Below, piece by piece: positions 13,508 through 27,679 of a DNA stretch of 64,000 bases (position 1 is the first letter of the stretch; every line of letters starts with the position of its first letter). Origin of the DNA: Antedon mediterranea. Its lineage: Eukaryota; Animalia; Echinodermata. Location of the stretch: NCBI RefSeq assembly GCF_964355755.1, contig NC_092675.1, forward strand, positions 10,225,812 to 10,289,811, read 5' to 3'. The notes under the pieces are model-generated. The model was not told the DNA's origin. It ran no database searches and saw only the letters and a list, made by a program, of their open reading frames with translations. The translations under genes and the position numbers were made by a program.

Positions 13508-14791
13508 ATGGAAAACCCGTTTAGAGAAAAGCGTACGAAATGTTCGGGTTCAACCAATCAAATGCGAGAACTCTCTGCTGTTGGGAAATATCGATTAACA
13601 AAAATGAAGCAGCGACAGATGATGCGGTATTTTTCATTAAAACATCCAGAGAATCGGTCACGTAACGTTAGTAGTTGTAGTTCATCTAGTGCATCTAGTA
13701 GTATATGTGACAGTCAGGAGAGACTTAGCTTTGAACAAACGGAACTCGTCGATGATACGTTCCTAACCGACCGAGAAAGCAAACAAATAACCGATCGCAA
13801 GGCAACGCTTTCTGGAGAAGGTAAATTTTTTATTAAATCAAGGAGAAAAGATTTGAATCGATTGAAATCAGACTCCGACGTAGTAACACATCGTAAAAAT
13901 ATCGTCTACGAAGATATGGTTCGATCAAAGGCATACATCATGGCGTCAGAAACACAGAAAATCCAAGAATGTGATACAACGAAACCAGAGACTAGATGTT
14001 TAATGCCACATCCTACAAAGAAAATGTTGAGGACGAGGAGTGAATCCGCAATAGAACTGAATACCGCACGGAATAGACTTAGCAATCAACACGGTGTTGT
14101 CTGCACAAATGAAGATCTCAAGAAAATCCTTACAGAAGCTAGATCAATTGGGTCAGTTAGACGAAGACGGACCACCAGTGGCCATAATATGCTTGCTGTC
14201 ACACCAGAAAGCATTGAAGAGATTGACGGACATGTTAGATCAAGGAGTGTGTCAATGATAACCAGTTTAAAAAGTAGGAGAACTGGTGATGTCCTTCATG
14301 AATATCAACAAGGTTGCAGATCCAGTCCGTCATCTTTCGAAGCGTTGAATTCATTGAACACGCCAATATCAAGAACCAATTCCGCCAAAGAAATACGTTC
14401 AATTAAAGAGATCGATGAGGATATACCATCGTGTTCAAAGGACTGTATCGATAATAATGAAAATGAATTGAGTGTTTCTAATCAAAACATTGAGTCAGAC
14501 CTAGCGGACACATTGGCAACATTTAATATTGATGTGGATACAGGAATCGACCCTGAAGCGATTGGTAAAGCTATCGAACGCAGACTGACAATCGGAAGCA
14601 AACAAGCAAACAAGTATGTAAAACGCGGGGGTCATCAGACAACAAATGTCAACTTCCAGAAAAACCAAATGTCCAACAAGTCGAAAGACGGTTGCACACA
14701 AGTAAGCGAGAAGGGTTTCGCAAACAGGATCACCAGCTTAACGTCCAAATTCAAACGCAGTAAATCAACAACTGATTGTGTAAAACTGTAA
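13508..14791 (+). CDS. Uncharacterised 427-aa Ser/Arg-rich, probably disordered protein (single coding exon)
   Basis: A 1284-bp open frame in very AT-rich DNA, with higher GC than its flanks. A pyrimidine tract and TTTCAG acceptor at ~13439 suggest a spliced 5' UTR. No domain was recognised. Confidence 0.75.
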   Translation: MENPFREKRTKCSGSTNQMRELSAVGKYRLTKMKQRQMMRYFSLKHPENRSRNVSSCSSSSASSSICDSQERLSFEQTELVDDTFLTDRESKQITDRKATLSGEGKFFIKSRRKDLNRLKSDSDVVTHRKNIVYEDMVRSKAYIMASETQKIQECDTTKPETRCLMPHPTKKMLRTRSESAIELNTARNRLSNQHGVVCTNEDLKKILTEARSIGSVRRRRTTSGHNMLAVTPESIEEIDGHVRSRSVSMITSLKSRRTGDVLHEYQQGCRSSPSSFEALNSLNTPISRTNSAKEIRSIKEIDEDIPSCSKDCIDNNENELSVSNQNIESDLADTLATFNIDVDTGIDPEAIGKAIERRLTIGSKQANKYVKRGGHQTTNVNFQKNQMSNKSKDGCTQVSEKGFANRITSLTSKFKRSKSTTDCVKL

Positions 14792-15420
14792 CTGTTTTAA
14801 AGAACACATTTTGTAAACTCCTTAAATTTGGACAGTTGAACTATAAAACTGCTTTAATACGATTTCGAATTTGGGTTCAATTTAATCTGTACTAGCTGAA
14901 AATGACGATTAATATTTTAAACGTTTGTATGGCCGGCTATACATAAAAGTAAAGTATACGGTGCTTATACTGCATCATGGACACGTTGTACGTGAGGATG
15001 CTGCTTGAATATATTATTTTAATATATGCATATATACCGATATAAACTGATATACTGACAGTTTTAACAGGTACAGGCTATCTGTTGTGGTGCTATATTT
15101 TCTCATGGAGGCGTTCGAAAAAAGCTACCGAAAACAATTTATGTTCCCACCAACATACAACAATGCACATTTTCTGATCAGCAGTGCAGTATGCGCAGAC
15201 GCAGGAAGTCAAATTTGCGCACAAGCACCAAAAAGAAAATGGCTATTTCTATATATAGTGTTAATAACTATTAGACGACAATACAAACATACGAACGTTT
15301 GTGTTCGATTTATGATATGATAATTTAGTTTACTATGGTGGTCGACTTTTTATTATAGAATACACAAGGTCAATACTAAAGCAAATGAATTCAGCATATA
15401 ATACACACTGCGAACATGTA

Positions 15421-18400
15421 GAGCGGGGTTGGTGAAATCTGTCCATAATAGGTTACTTTTCTGTCCATAATAGGTTACTTTCTGTCCATAATAGGGACTA
15501 GAGGGCGCTGTTGTTTGTCCATAATAGGTGACTTTCATAATTGGCTGTCCAAAATAGGTGACTTTTTGTCCACAATAGGCGAGTTTATTGGAGTAGTGCG
15601 CCATCCATTGTGTTGTCCATAATAGGTGATTTTTTGGCGTACTCGTACATACGTAGTTTATTTCGCGAGTAGAAGTAATACTAATTTGCTTTCTGTTCAG
15701 ACTTCGAGGCTACCTAGGAGGCCTAATTAGTATATAAATATTTAAGTCTTTCTAGCCTAGGCCTAGCTAGTTAGCTAGGCTACCTCTATAGGCCTACTAG
15801 TACTACTAGCCTAGGCCTAGTCCATTTGTTATTGTCCACTAATAATAATAATGAAATGTGAAATTTATTCAGCAACAAATAATTTAATTTGAACTTCATT
15901 TTAGGTTTGATAGTACGGACAGACATTACGCAACTTACCATACTATTGCAAGTTTAAATAAATCACCAAACCCACACGTTCTTTTACAAAAATAAAAAAT
16001 ACCCATATACTCTAATAATAATATTGATAAAGTTTAATTTTTTTAAGATAATAAACATGTAAACTGTTATTTTTATAAATGCATTGGTGTTTCAATGTAA
16101 TTGTATTTTTTTTTCTTTGGACTTATTTTGTTTTGTTAACAGTAATAATAAAAATCAATTTAATATTGAAAAAGACATCACAGTTCAGCACTTCATTTCG
16201 TCATTTTAGGTCCTCCCCTATTTCAAAATTCTGGATCCACATAGCTCAATGACAAACCATCCCAGTCTAAAGTGTATCAACAGCAGCACATCTCATCCAT
16301 TTATTATATTGTTTAATTAAATGAATCAATTTTAATGTTTAATAATAAGAAATACGACAATAAATCAAGTTTACATACACGCAGTGTACAAGCAACACCT
16401 TTGTTCTGTATTCAGAACAGTTTATTCAAAATCTAAATCACATTTAAAAAATACTGAATTATATTAATTTTAAAAGTGTAAAAACATGGTTAAACTACAA
16501 TTTAAAAAATAGCAAGGATAAATAAAATGAACCATAATTATTATGTTTATTACTATAATTATTGATCGATGATTATGATCAAAAATAATACGTTGAAGTG
16601 ATGTACTTTTTCATTTCAGCAGCATACTGTATATGAGCAGAATATCAAACATCTGTATGCCTATAATAAAAAAAAAGGAAGCATTTAAATACTATAATAA
16701 TGTTTAAGTATTTTATAATGCAAGTAACTTCAATCTTAGTAATGCTGAGACAAATTTTCATGTTGTATGGTGGGAAACAGTATGGTGGGAAACAGTTATG
16801 TTTAAATATTTTATTGCATTTAAAAAAAGATATGTAGGATTGTTTTACTAAATTTAAGTTTATACCAGTTGTTAGAGTCAATTATTACCATACTCACTAT
16901 ATGAAAACTGATATTAAATGTTTTAAAGACAAATGCTTTATTGAATGAATGCTTTAATAATATAACATTCAATTAAATTTTGAAATATTTTCTGCATGAA
17001 TTTGTTAGTGGATTTATCTATTCTTTGTACTGTGATTGTAATGTTTATAATGAATGAAAAAAAAAATATCTACTTTTAATTTCTTAGCAATTCAAATGAA
17101 TAGAATATTTCAAATCAGAATGTTAAAAATTAATTTTCATGTATTGTCAGTTTTTCTACTACGGTACTGATAAAATTCAGTTTGTCTCTCTGAAAATGTT
17201 TGACTAAATTGTATCCTTTTTTTCCGAAGATTACTTTTGCAAACAAATACTTTTTCTAAATAGGCTTTTTCTTGGGATTTTGAAAAATGTCCTAAAAGAT
17301 GTAGGCCTAGTGGGTAGTGTATGTAAAGTATTATTCTTCAATTGTAAGTTGGGCCTATCTGTTACTTACCCTGGTTAATGTCCATGCTACTGTACTATAA
17401 CATTGATCAGAAGATACACTGTACACAATCTGTGATACATGCAAAAAATATGGAAAAATTGAGATTTAAATAGATGACATAATTAATAACATACAGTAAC
17501 AATAGCTCTGGCTCTACTATACTGCCAACCTACTAACTGTTCGAACTGTCTGGATAAGACTCATTCATTCAAAAAATAATTTAAAAAAACAAAAATTTAA
17601 ATAGGTCAATCTAGCAATCTAGATGTCTGTGATTTGAAGACAAACTACCAATAGGTCTAGTAGACTAGGCTAGTAGTAGCTGATTTCGGTCTTCAAAGTA
17701 TAGTAGTGGGCTGTGGTGGCAGTGGTATTAGTAAAAGACTGTATAGTGACTAGTCCGCCAGACCTGACCTGCAGTTAGGCAGTATAGTTACGAGTAGGCA
17801 TAGGCCCTAGTCTGTAAAATATTCATATTAAAAAAATAAAATAATAAAAAAACAGATAATGAGGATAGGCCTAGGTGTTTGTAGTAGGAAACCTATCTAC
17901 CTAATATGAGCCCATGTCATTTGTATTCCTCCCCTGCTGTAAGGTAGGCCTAGAAAAAAAAAGCTCACATTTCATTAGTGGACAATAACAAATGGACTCC
18001 AGCTAAGCTAGTAGTAGTACTAGGGCCTAGGCCTGACTGAGGTAGCCTAACTAAAACAGGACTAGCCTAGGCTAGGCCTAGAGGCTAGAGAGACTTAAAT
18101 AATTATACTAATTAGGCCTAGGCCTCCTACTAGCTAGGCCTAGGTAGCCTCGAAGTCTGAAGAGAAAGCAAATTAGTATTAACTAATAATATTATTACTT
18201 CTACTCGCGAAATAAACTACGTATGTACGAGCAGGGAGCAACTCCCTGGTACGAGTACGCCAACAAAATCACCTATTATGGACAACACAATGGATGGCGC
18301 ACTACTCCAATAAACTCGAGTATTGTGGACAAAAAGTCGCCTATTTTGGACAGCCAATTATGAAAGTTACCTATTATGGACAAACAACAGCGCCCTCTAG

Positions 18401-18476
18401 TCCCTATTATGGACAGAAAGTCCCCTATTATGGACAGAAAAGTAACCTATTATGGACAGATTTCACCAACCCTATT
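15421..18476. mobile_element. Mutator/Foldback-type non-autonomous element (3.06 kb) with long TIRs and 9-bp TSD
   Basis: GAACATGTA is duplicated at 15412-15420 and 18477-18485. Inverted arms (~15426-15850 and ~17970-18472) start GGGTTGGTGAAATCTGTCCATAATAGG and contain internal TGTCCATAATAGG repeats. Confidence 0.85.
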
Positions 18477-19861
18477 GAACATGTAGGCTTGTGTTCCATG
18501 TTTAAAGTTATAATAATTTTGTAAGGCATTAGCCACCTTAAGAAGCAAATGTATATGAACAATTGCAAGTTTAACTAATAATAGCAAAATTAATATGAAC
18601 CACGACACGTGGTTAATGTATTCAGAATATTAATGGCATTTACTGAATTTATTTATTTTCATTTTATAATTCATTTTATGCCCTTTTGTTTTATTCTGGA
18701 AAATTAACTCTTCTCTGGAACAATATAATTTTACGATAGGCCTAATTCTCTTTATTATTTATAGTTTTACTTTATTCATTAGACCTATCCTTATACTTTA
18801 TGTTAAGTTCATTATGTTTGTAAAGAGCTAGCTAATAATAATTATATGATAATCAATTATGTTAATCTGGTGTGTGTGCTCTTCTAGCATAATATACATA
18901 ATATACATTTTTATAGAAACTATGATAGTAATTGTTATGATAATTACTATAAATGATGATAATATTATGAATAAATATTATTTGAATGTAAAGATTTTGC
19001 TTTTGTGTATTAGTTTTTTTCTCGTACGGCAAAACAATATATCATTATCAATATCATTACTAACAAGATATTACAGTTTAATATTTGTTCGATTAATTGT
19101 TTAAAGCGATATTTTACTTTAAAATGTCATCATAATTAATACTTAATTTATGTTGATAGTTCGTTCTATGAAAATGAATAACTTGTGATAGCAAAGAGTA
19201 CAGTGCTTTAGCTTAACGTAACGTGGCCGAATAAGAAGTACACGCGACGACGACAACGTACGTTTGTAAAAGGAATTGAAGGCAACGATAGCTGTCCTCG
19301 ACAATATCACCGATAAATAGTCAATAATCAAGGACTTATTGTCACCATGACAACATAGAGCCCGTAGCATAATAAATGACTCTCTGTCCTTTAACATTTC
19401 ATCGTAATTGAGGATTCGAGAAAATGAATAAAAACGGTAGTAACGTATATAAAAAGAATTACTATCGTGCTTGCTATTTATTTTATATCTGATTATGCCC
19501 GATTCGAGAATATTAATATGATCATCTATATTTTCTAATAAAACAAGTGATGAGCACGGTGACGATACGTCACTAACAATCGGCCTGGTGCTAAAACAGT
19601 AGTTCAAACACCAACGACTAATTGAATATACATTTGAATTAAGAAAATGTTTAGTGTATTTCGTCTCTACTGTATTACGAATATTATACGATCTCAGTTT
19701 CGTGAAAAAACATATAAATACAAGGAATATTTTGACATGAATTTATGCCTATACGGTATAACAAACCGGCCGTTTATGCTCTTAAAGAGGTATTTTTTAT
19801 TTTGCTCTCATAGGTAATAGGGTCGACGTAGCCACGGAGCACTATACAATAAAGCTACTTA

Positions 19862-22800
19862 CTCTAGTAGCTAGATCAACTTTCGTATGCACTTTGAGGT
19901 CCAGAGAATTTGACTTCAGAAATTGGTTTAGGGTGGTAAAACAATCATTTTTGGCTTGGTTACACATTTTGAAAATGTGGCGAAAGGTCAAAAGGTCAGG
20001 GTGAAAGGTCATAAGACCAAACACCAATATGTCCTTAAATCTCAACAACCACTGGTCACAGCGAAGTAATTTTGGTCTCAAATTGATCAGAAGGTATACA
20101 TTTATATTCAGTCTAATGGGACATTTTAGTTTAAAATGACCGGAAACGCTATTTCTGACCTTTGACCCACAACCCAGGGCATGTATTTATCTCCGTAACT
20201 ACTGGTCGTAGACACTTGAATTTGGTTTTAAATTGTTCGAAATATATATTTTGTTATTTGAAAAACATTTTGAAAAATGTTACAAAAGGTCAAAGGGTCA
20301 GGGTCAAGGGTTATATAAACAAATAAATAAAGGTACTTGTATCTCGGCAACCACTGGTCGCAGCAAGTCAATTTTGGTCTCAAAATGTTCAGAAGGCATG
20401 CATTTATATTCCGTCTAATGGGGCATTTTAGTAAAAAATTATCAGAAATGCTATTCTGACTTTTGACCCACATACCAGGGCATCTTCATATCTCTGTAAG
20501 TACTGGTCGTAGAAACTTAAATTTGGTATCAAATTGTTCGAAATATACATATTTACATTCATTGTAATAGAAAATGTGGTTAAAAGATGAACAGAAAATA
20601 CTATTACTAATGTTTCAAACAAAAAACATATCTCTACACAACTTATCCTTAGACAGTAATGTTATGCAATATGATACTTTAAATTGTTTCAATTTCAAGT
20701 AGGCCTACTAGTTTTTATTGCTGTCCACGAGAACATTTTGATATAAACGTCAAGCTCAACAGTTCTTTTCAGAATGCTAGAAGTAACTTGCCATGTGTAT
20801 CCGATTAAACGCCCCGGGCATTTATTGTTCAAAAGGGTTTTTAGGGGGAGGGGAGGCATCTTTATTTGGGGTATAATATGGTAACATGTATATTCAAACA
20901 AATACCACCTAGATGTAAAAAATACAGCACAATTAATATAAAAAATGATAACATTATGTCAAAATGCTTGGTAATTGTAGATTATGGTAATTAATGAAAT
21001 GTGTTGTGATACAATTATTTTGTAAATGCATGTGGCGGAGCGTTTATTCCACATGATGATCTATTGGAGGGAATGGAGGCTTTTATTCAAAGCGGGTGTT
21101 AATTCGAATAAATACTCGAGCTCAACAGTTAAGAATGCTAGAAGTAACTTACTATAGTTACCCGAATAAAAGGTCCGGGCATTTAGTTATTTATGGAAGG
21201 CGTTTATTTTGTTTGGGTGTAATAATGGTAACATGTATAATCAAATAAATACACCCCAGATAAAAAAAAAAAAATTAATATAATAAGAATAATAACTGGA
21301 TTAAACCTCATTCTATCCTGTTGCAAGTACAATCATGTAATAAAAGGTATCACAGACAACTATAATAGACCAATTCATTGTCATTATTCCGTAACACTGT
21401 TGCATAATATTTTTGAATGTTACCGACAAAACGTATACATAATATGTATAAGTTTTGTCGGTGTATATTATACACGTCTGTTCCCAGTGTAGATAATAAA
21501 ACAATATATGTTTCTGGAGATTTATTATCAATACCACTAGAAACTTTGACATGTTTTAGGTACTGAATTCATTGACAATAAAAGCATCAGAAGTTATCAT
21601 GATAAAATCATACTACAACACTGTACTACAGTACACAAGGGTGTTTTCAGGAAAGCTGGACATATTGTACAATAGTAATGAAGCTATGTATTGGCATTTA
21701 AAAATATGCAAAAGATTGTCAAATTGTAGTCACAAACAAACAGATGATAGAATGAAGATCCATTATGAGTGCAATTGTGTCAGGATAATGATATTTCATT
21801 GTTTTATATCATTATACTGGCACCTGGAAGAGAAGATCCATTTAATGTTATCTATGACAGTGTCACTTTTATTCTAAAAGACAGAAACATTTCGTTAAAA
21901 AGCATAAAGAAGAATACGAATCTCTCAAATAAACGGCACCATTCCCTCTTAGAACACCATGTGGAATACGCCCGCCATGCATTTACACAATAATTGTATC
22001 ACAACACATTACATTAACTACCATAATCTACAATTTACCAAGCATTTTTTTCACTTTTTGATATTAATTGTGCTGTATTTTTTTTTACATCTAGGTGGTA
22101 TTTATTTGATTATACATATTACCATATTATACCACAAATAAAGATGCCTCCCCTGCCCTTTGAACAATAAATGCCCGGGGAGTTTAATCGGATACACATG
22201 GCTAGTTACTTCTAGCATTCTGAAAAGAACTGTTGAGCTTGACGTTTCTATCAAAATGTTCTTGGGGACAGCAATAACTAGTACTTGAAATTGAAACAAT
22301 TTAAAGTATCAGTTATTGCATAACATTACTGTCTAAAGATAAGTTATGTAGAGATATGTTTTTTGTTTGAAACATTAGTAATAGTATTTCTGTTCATCTT
22401 TTAACCACATTTTCTATTACAATGAATGTAAATATGTATATTTCGAACAATTTGATACCAAATTTAAGTTTCTACGACCAGTACTTACAGAGATATGAAG
22501 ATGCCATGATATGTGGGTCAAAGGTCAGAAATGGCATTTCTGATAATTTTTGACTAAAATGTCCCATTAGATTGAATATGAAAGCATGCCTTCTGAACAA
22601 TTTTGTTGTAAAAATGTGCTACAAATAATAAATATTTATTTCAAACAATTTAAGACCAAAATTAAGTGTCTACGATCAGTACGGTAGTTATGGAGATACA
22701 TACATGCCCTCTGTAGTGGGTCAAAGGTCAGACATGGCATTTCCGGTCATTTTTGACTAAAATGTCCCATTAGACTGAATATAAATGTATACCTTCTGAT

Positions 22801-23024
22801 CAATTTGAGACCAAAATTACTTCGCTGTGACCAATGGTTGTTGAGATTTAAGGACATATTGGTGTTTGGTCTTATGACCTTTCACCCTGACCTTTTGACC
22901 TTTCGCCACATTTTCAAAATGTGTAACCAAGCCAAAAATGATTGTTTGACCACCCTAAACCAATTTCTGAAGTCAAATTCTCTGGACCTCAAAGTGCATA
23001 CGAAAGTTGATCTAGCTACTAGAG
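19862..23024. mobile_element. Foldback element with ~1.1-1.25-kb inverted arms, probable TA TSD
   Basis: TA|CTCTAGTAGCTAGATCAACTTTCG... vs ...CGAAAGTTGATCTAGCTACTAGAG|TA. The arms (19862-~21110 and ~21910-23024) give the near-identical mirror ORFs 19842-20081(-) and 22805-23038(+). Confidence 0.85.
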
Positions 23025-23399
23025 TAACTATAAAATAACACATTTCAAATTAGGCATAGAAAAAAAACCAGAGAGAAATATTTATCAGTTCCGTAAAGGA
23101 AACAAGTAGATTCTGAAAATGGTTTATTACAACGATACTGTCAATGTTACGTGGTTCTTGTTCAAGGGTTATGACATTTAAGGGACTGTGTTGTAACCTA
23201 TAACCATGCGCCTTTTGTGAGGACATTTTTTTTCCAACTTCTTATGTGAAATGGTTAGAGAGTGTAACATAGTTTGTAAGTTTTTTTATTAAATTGAATC
23301 TTACACTCATACACGCTTCTGGATCTTCTCCAGCTGGTTTACCTGTTCCTGCGTAAGACATGTAAACACAAAGGGGATACATATATTTCTGACACATCA

Positions 23400-24090
23400 T
23401 CATTTAGGTATATTTATTCATAAAAAGACATCAAAATACAACGGCAGCCAAAAGGCTGAAAAGTAGTATTTTACAAAATTTGATAAAAATATATAAATAC
23501 ATTATGTATAAAAGGTAAAACTAGTTTTAAAAAATTACCACATTAAAATTGGTCAACCTGTAAGTTAAAATAGTGCCAGCCTATTCAATATTCATCATTA
23601 ATGAGTCGGACTAAAAAAGGGACTTAACTAACTGGTGAAGATCTAAATCTTTCTGTACGACCAAACGGGATTTCGAGTAGAGGCTTACTCGCAGACCTCA
23701 GGGTTCTGCTAATGTCACGAACAGGGGGAAGAATGCTTCTAAATGTATCAGACTTTATTATTCCTTTACCAAATTTCAGTAAGAGTTGGACTCTTCTGTT
23801 AACCAGCGATGGAAGGTCTGACAATTTAAGAGCAGACTCGTAGGATACATAGTTCATGCCATAAATGATTCGTAGAGCTCTTTTTTTAACTCTTTCTATT
23901 GACTTAGTTTGGTCTTTCGTAATTGAACTGTGCCACACAGGGCATGCATATTCAACTAAAGGACGTATATAGCAAGTATATACTTGTAGTAAATCTTTAG
24001 AAGGCGCCTTGGCTTTCTTAAGTATAATCAAAGTGTACAAACGTCGACATGCTTTAGCAACGATATCATGAATATGCATCATGACCAAGT
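23400..24090 (-). mobile_element. CR1/L2-clade LINE reverse-transcriptase C-terminal fragment
   Basis: ORF 23624-24088 reads KACRRLYTL...YTCYIRPLVEYACPVWHS...IERVKKRALRII...LPSLVNRR, the typical post-RT region of CR1/L2 ORF2. Confidence 0.85.
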
Positions 24091-27000
24091 CTCCTTAATA
24101 GATAGAAGCAAATGTAGGCCTAAATGTAATGAAGTCTACTTTAATGCTGGACTTCTAGACCGTTGCAGGCAGAGGAGATATGGTAGGCTAAGTATTTTCT
24201 GTAGATTTTTCGTGATATTTAAAGCTAATTAAAAACAAAAATAGATGAATGTATTTTTAATCTATGGCAGGCCGACGATCAGAGCTCCTGCTTTCGGGAA
24301 TATTACGGTACGTTGCACCCTTCTGAGATTTAATACGAGCTTACAGCTTCCGGATAGTTTTAATTGTTTGTGGTTGCTTGCTTCTGTTCATCATGGACAT
24401 TCACGCTGCGTACGTTATATTTGAAATGTCATTAAAAATGTCAAACACGTTATCATGGAAAATGCTACTGAGATCATCACTGTTATATCATTTATAACAT
24501 CAACGTTACCCATCACTTGCTAGCAGACGCCCCCACTCAACCCCACAACATGATCAGCAGCCGAGGGCCCACTGAAATTACTAAACCACTTTTACTTTTA
24601 AAAAATAATTAGCGTTGATATCCCACCGTATTGTTCATCTTTTTTTTTTAAATTATAATAAATCAGAGACGATTTTGATTTATATATAATTCTGATAGAA
24701 CGACGGAAACGATGATGACGATTCTTATTTCGTTTATATAAATACAAATTCTTTTTGATACATGCACTGTCGCTGTTTACGTCTTATAATCACGTACTAA
24801 TAATACAAATCCCCATTATAAATAGTAATTATTACTTCGTCTGAAATTGTTTCAAAACCAATTAAAATTAATAACGGAAATATGGTTGGAAACAAGGCAA
24901 TGATACAACATTTTGGAATATCCATACATTGATAAACAAACTTAATTAATGAATAAATTAATTAGATAAATTGTATTACTGGTGGAATTTAAGCTGAGCT
25001 TGTTTACTGGTGCTATATCGTCTACGAATTTGTTTTATGGCAAGTTGTAAACATACATGGCATGAATAATTACATATTAGGCCTATCACAAAACCTAGAA
25101 ATTATACATCTTAGGTTACCCTGCTTAGGATGTACCGTACCCATGCCGCCTGATTCTCTGTTAGTACTGTATCTCCACTTGTCGCATTGTCCAGTATCAT
25201 AGGAGGCAAATTCTGTACAGTGTCATGTGTCTATGTATGATCACATGGCTGACGCGTCATCGCAGACCATTACCCATAACGTAACCCTCATTATACAGAG
25301 GTAGCATATACATTATGTGATACTGTATAAATAATGCCTATGATAATTATAGACACAATATCTGCTACACTGTATGTTATTATATTGAAGACTTAAACAA
25401 GATTTAAAAATGCACAGGCAATCACCAGAGAGTGCATTAAATGTCATCTGTCTAATTACAGCAGGAGACGAACAAAACAGAGTGTGTTTCAAAATAAAAC
25501 TCGTTCATTTCACAAACGATCTATATACAATCGATATTAAAAATACTAGAAATACACACAAATGGGACACGTAATTAATTGTGAATTAATGTAAAGTAAT
25601 CACACTACTAGTCTAAAGGCTATAAATTACATTGCTGAATAGTCATAGTAACATCGTGTTGCTAGCTTGCTATATATAGATCATTATTACATTAGATCAT
25701 CTATTAGAAGTTATGCATCTATTTGTAGGATATTAATTGTAGGCCCTAAACTAAAGCAAGTCATGTTTTTTAGATTAAATATTTGAAAAGAAAACGTATT
25801 AATCGTCAACGGGATAACAAAATGTCCGATATGACTACAAACAACAGCACAGCGAGTAGTCAACCAAATTATGTATTAACATTACAGTATATGATATTCA
25901 ATAATGATGATTAGGCCTACTGAATGATTATATGTATAATACTAAAATGCCTATCATCACTAGATAACAAATCAAAATTTAAAGAATTAATTTTACTCAA
26001 ATAACGTACTTAGCGAGTATTAACCCAATTATTTGGAATAAAACTAACGACTAATCAACCACTTTGCGTCATCAGGATCAGGGTTAATTACAAAGATAAC
26101 AAATTATTTAATAATCTTTCACTAAAACAATAGTGCATTGAAGACAAGATTAATATAATCACGTTACAGAAAACCAAAGACTAATTTAAAGATGCTGGGT
26201 TACTAAACAACGCCATAAATCAGACGTGAGAATTCTATAGATGAAACCATTATCTGTAAATTAGACATTAAGGATATACTTCAGCCGTTTTGTCACATTG
26301 ATGAATCAAAGTGTAGCCTATGGGTCCCGCTTGTATTCTAGTACACGCACATTATCATTCAGTAACTTTCTGAACATTGAATAATGTTAAATCACCAATT
26401 ACAGAATTTGATAAATTTCTTTCTGAAGCTTGGTTGTCACATGGACGACGTCACGTTGGCGTATAGGCGCAACGCATTTTAGTCGACTTTATTGGTAATG
26501 TCAATTGCGATGCGCTTACGTCCTCTAGCGTTTCGTCCAATGGGCAGCAACATTTAACACTGTAAGGTATATTGGCACTGTTCATGAAAGACAGAAACCA
26601 ATAGCAATCTTAATAATAAAACCTCTATGAGAAGGAAACTAAATTTGAAATATTGAAAGAAACCATGTAAACAATTGCTACAATTTATAATACATTATAA
26701 TGTATGCGTTTAGTCAGACTCTCGGCACACGCATGCAATTATACAATTCGACAATATAGGAGCCGGCTCATTCGATTCATACAATAACATTACGAGAACG
26801 TAATTTTGATAAGGTAACTTGATATTTAGAAAATCGTCATCGAAATCGAAATAATCTAATTCAAGATTTCATTTCATTACACATTTTAATTAAACCGGAA
26901 GGAAGGCATCGGATGTTGACGACGGACACAAACCTCGAGAAAACTAGTGGGCTTATTCACTCCCACGTCGTGCATTTCACATCGTTTGTTAGTATCAAAG

Positions 27001-27679
27001 TCCTCCTACGGAACCTAACAATTTATATTTTGGAGTATTCGAGGACGTAAGCGCAACGCAAGGGATTTGGCAAATCACCAGCGATGGATTCTTCAAATTG
27101 CGCTCATGCTGCATTGGTCAACTGGATCAGTCTCTTGAATCAATCTAAACCAATTTTTCTTGTGTCCAGTTTAACATTTTTTAATCAATCGGTGATCAAT
27201 CAAGTTACATCCAATGATTAAATAATGAATATTCACAATTCAATCAGTAGTTATCAATCTATTAACAAATACGCAGCAAAAGAATAAATATGCATACATA
27301 AATCTTTTACATGATTCATCACTTTCGTTCGCCGTATAAATTATAAAAAAAGAGGCTATAATAGCTGTGAGCACTAAGTTTCAATGCATAAATATTGTAT
27401 ATGACATAATATGACAAATATGCCTAAAATAAAGTTCGTGAAAGCAAAGCAGAGTGGCTGATTGATACAAAAATGATGATTGATCGAGGGACTGCCTAAT
27501 GACATTGACTGACCAGCAAGATACCACAATATTATAATAATTATTATTTTTTCAACTACTGGCTAACCATTGATAACAGACCGTGACTGACTAATAATAG
27601 GATGACTTACCAGATCAAACTGATTGGCCCCATAATAACTGACCTGATTGCTAGAGATGGCAGGCTGATCAGTTGAAAC

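Noticed and set aside
15353-18524. Paired ORFs MAHYSNKL... on opposite strands
   Set aside because: They are mirror translations of the foldback TIRs.
19842-23038. Paired ORFs MRPKLLRCDQW... on opposite strands
   Set aside because: They are mirror translations of the inverted arms and have no protein motif.
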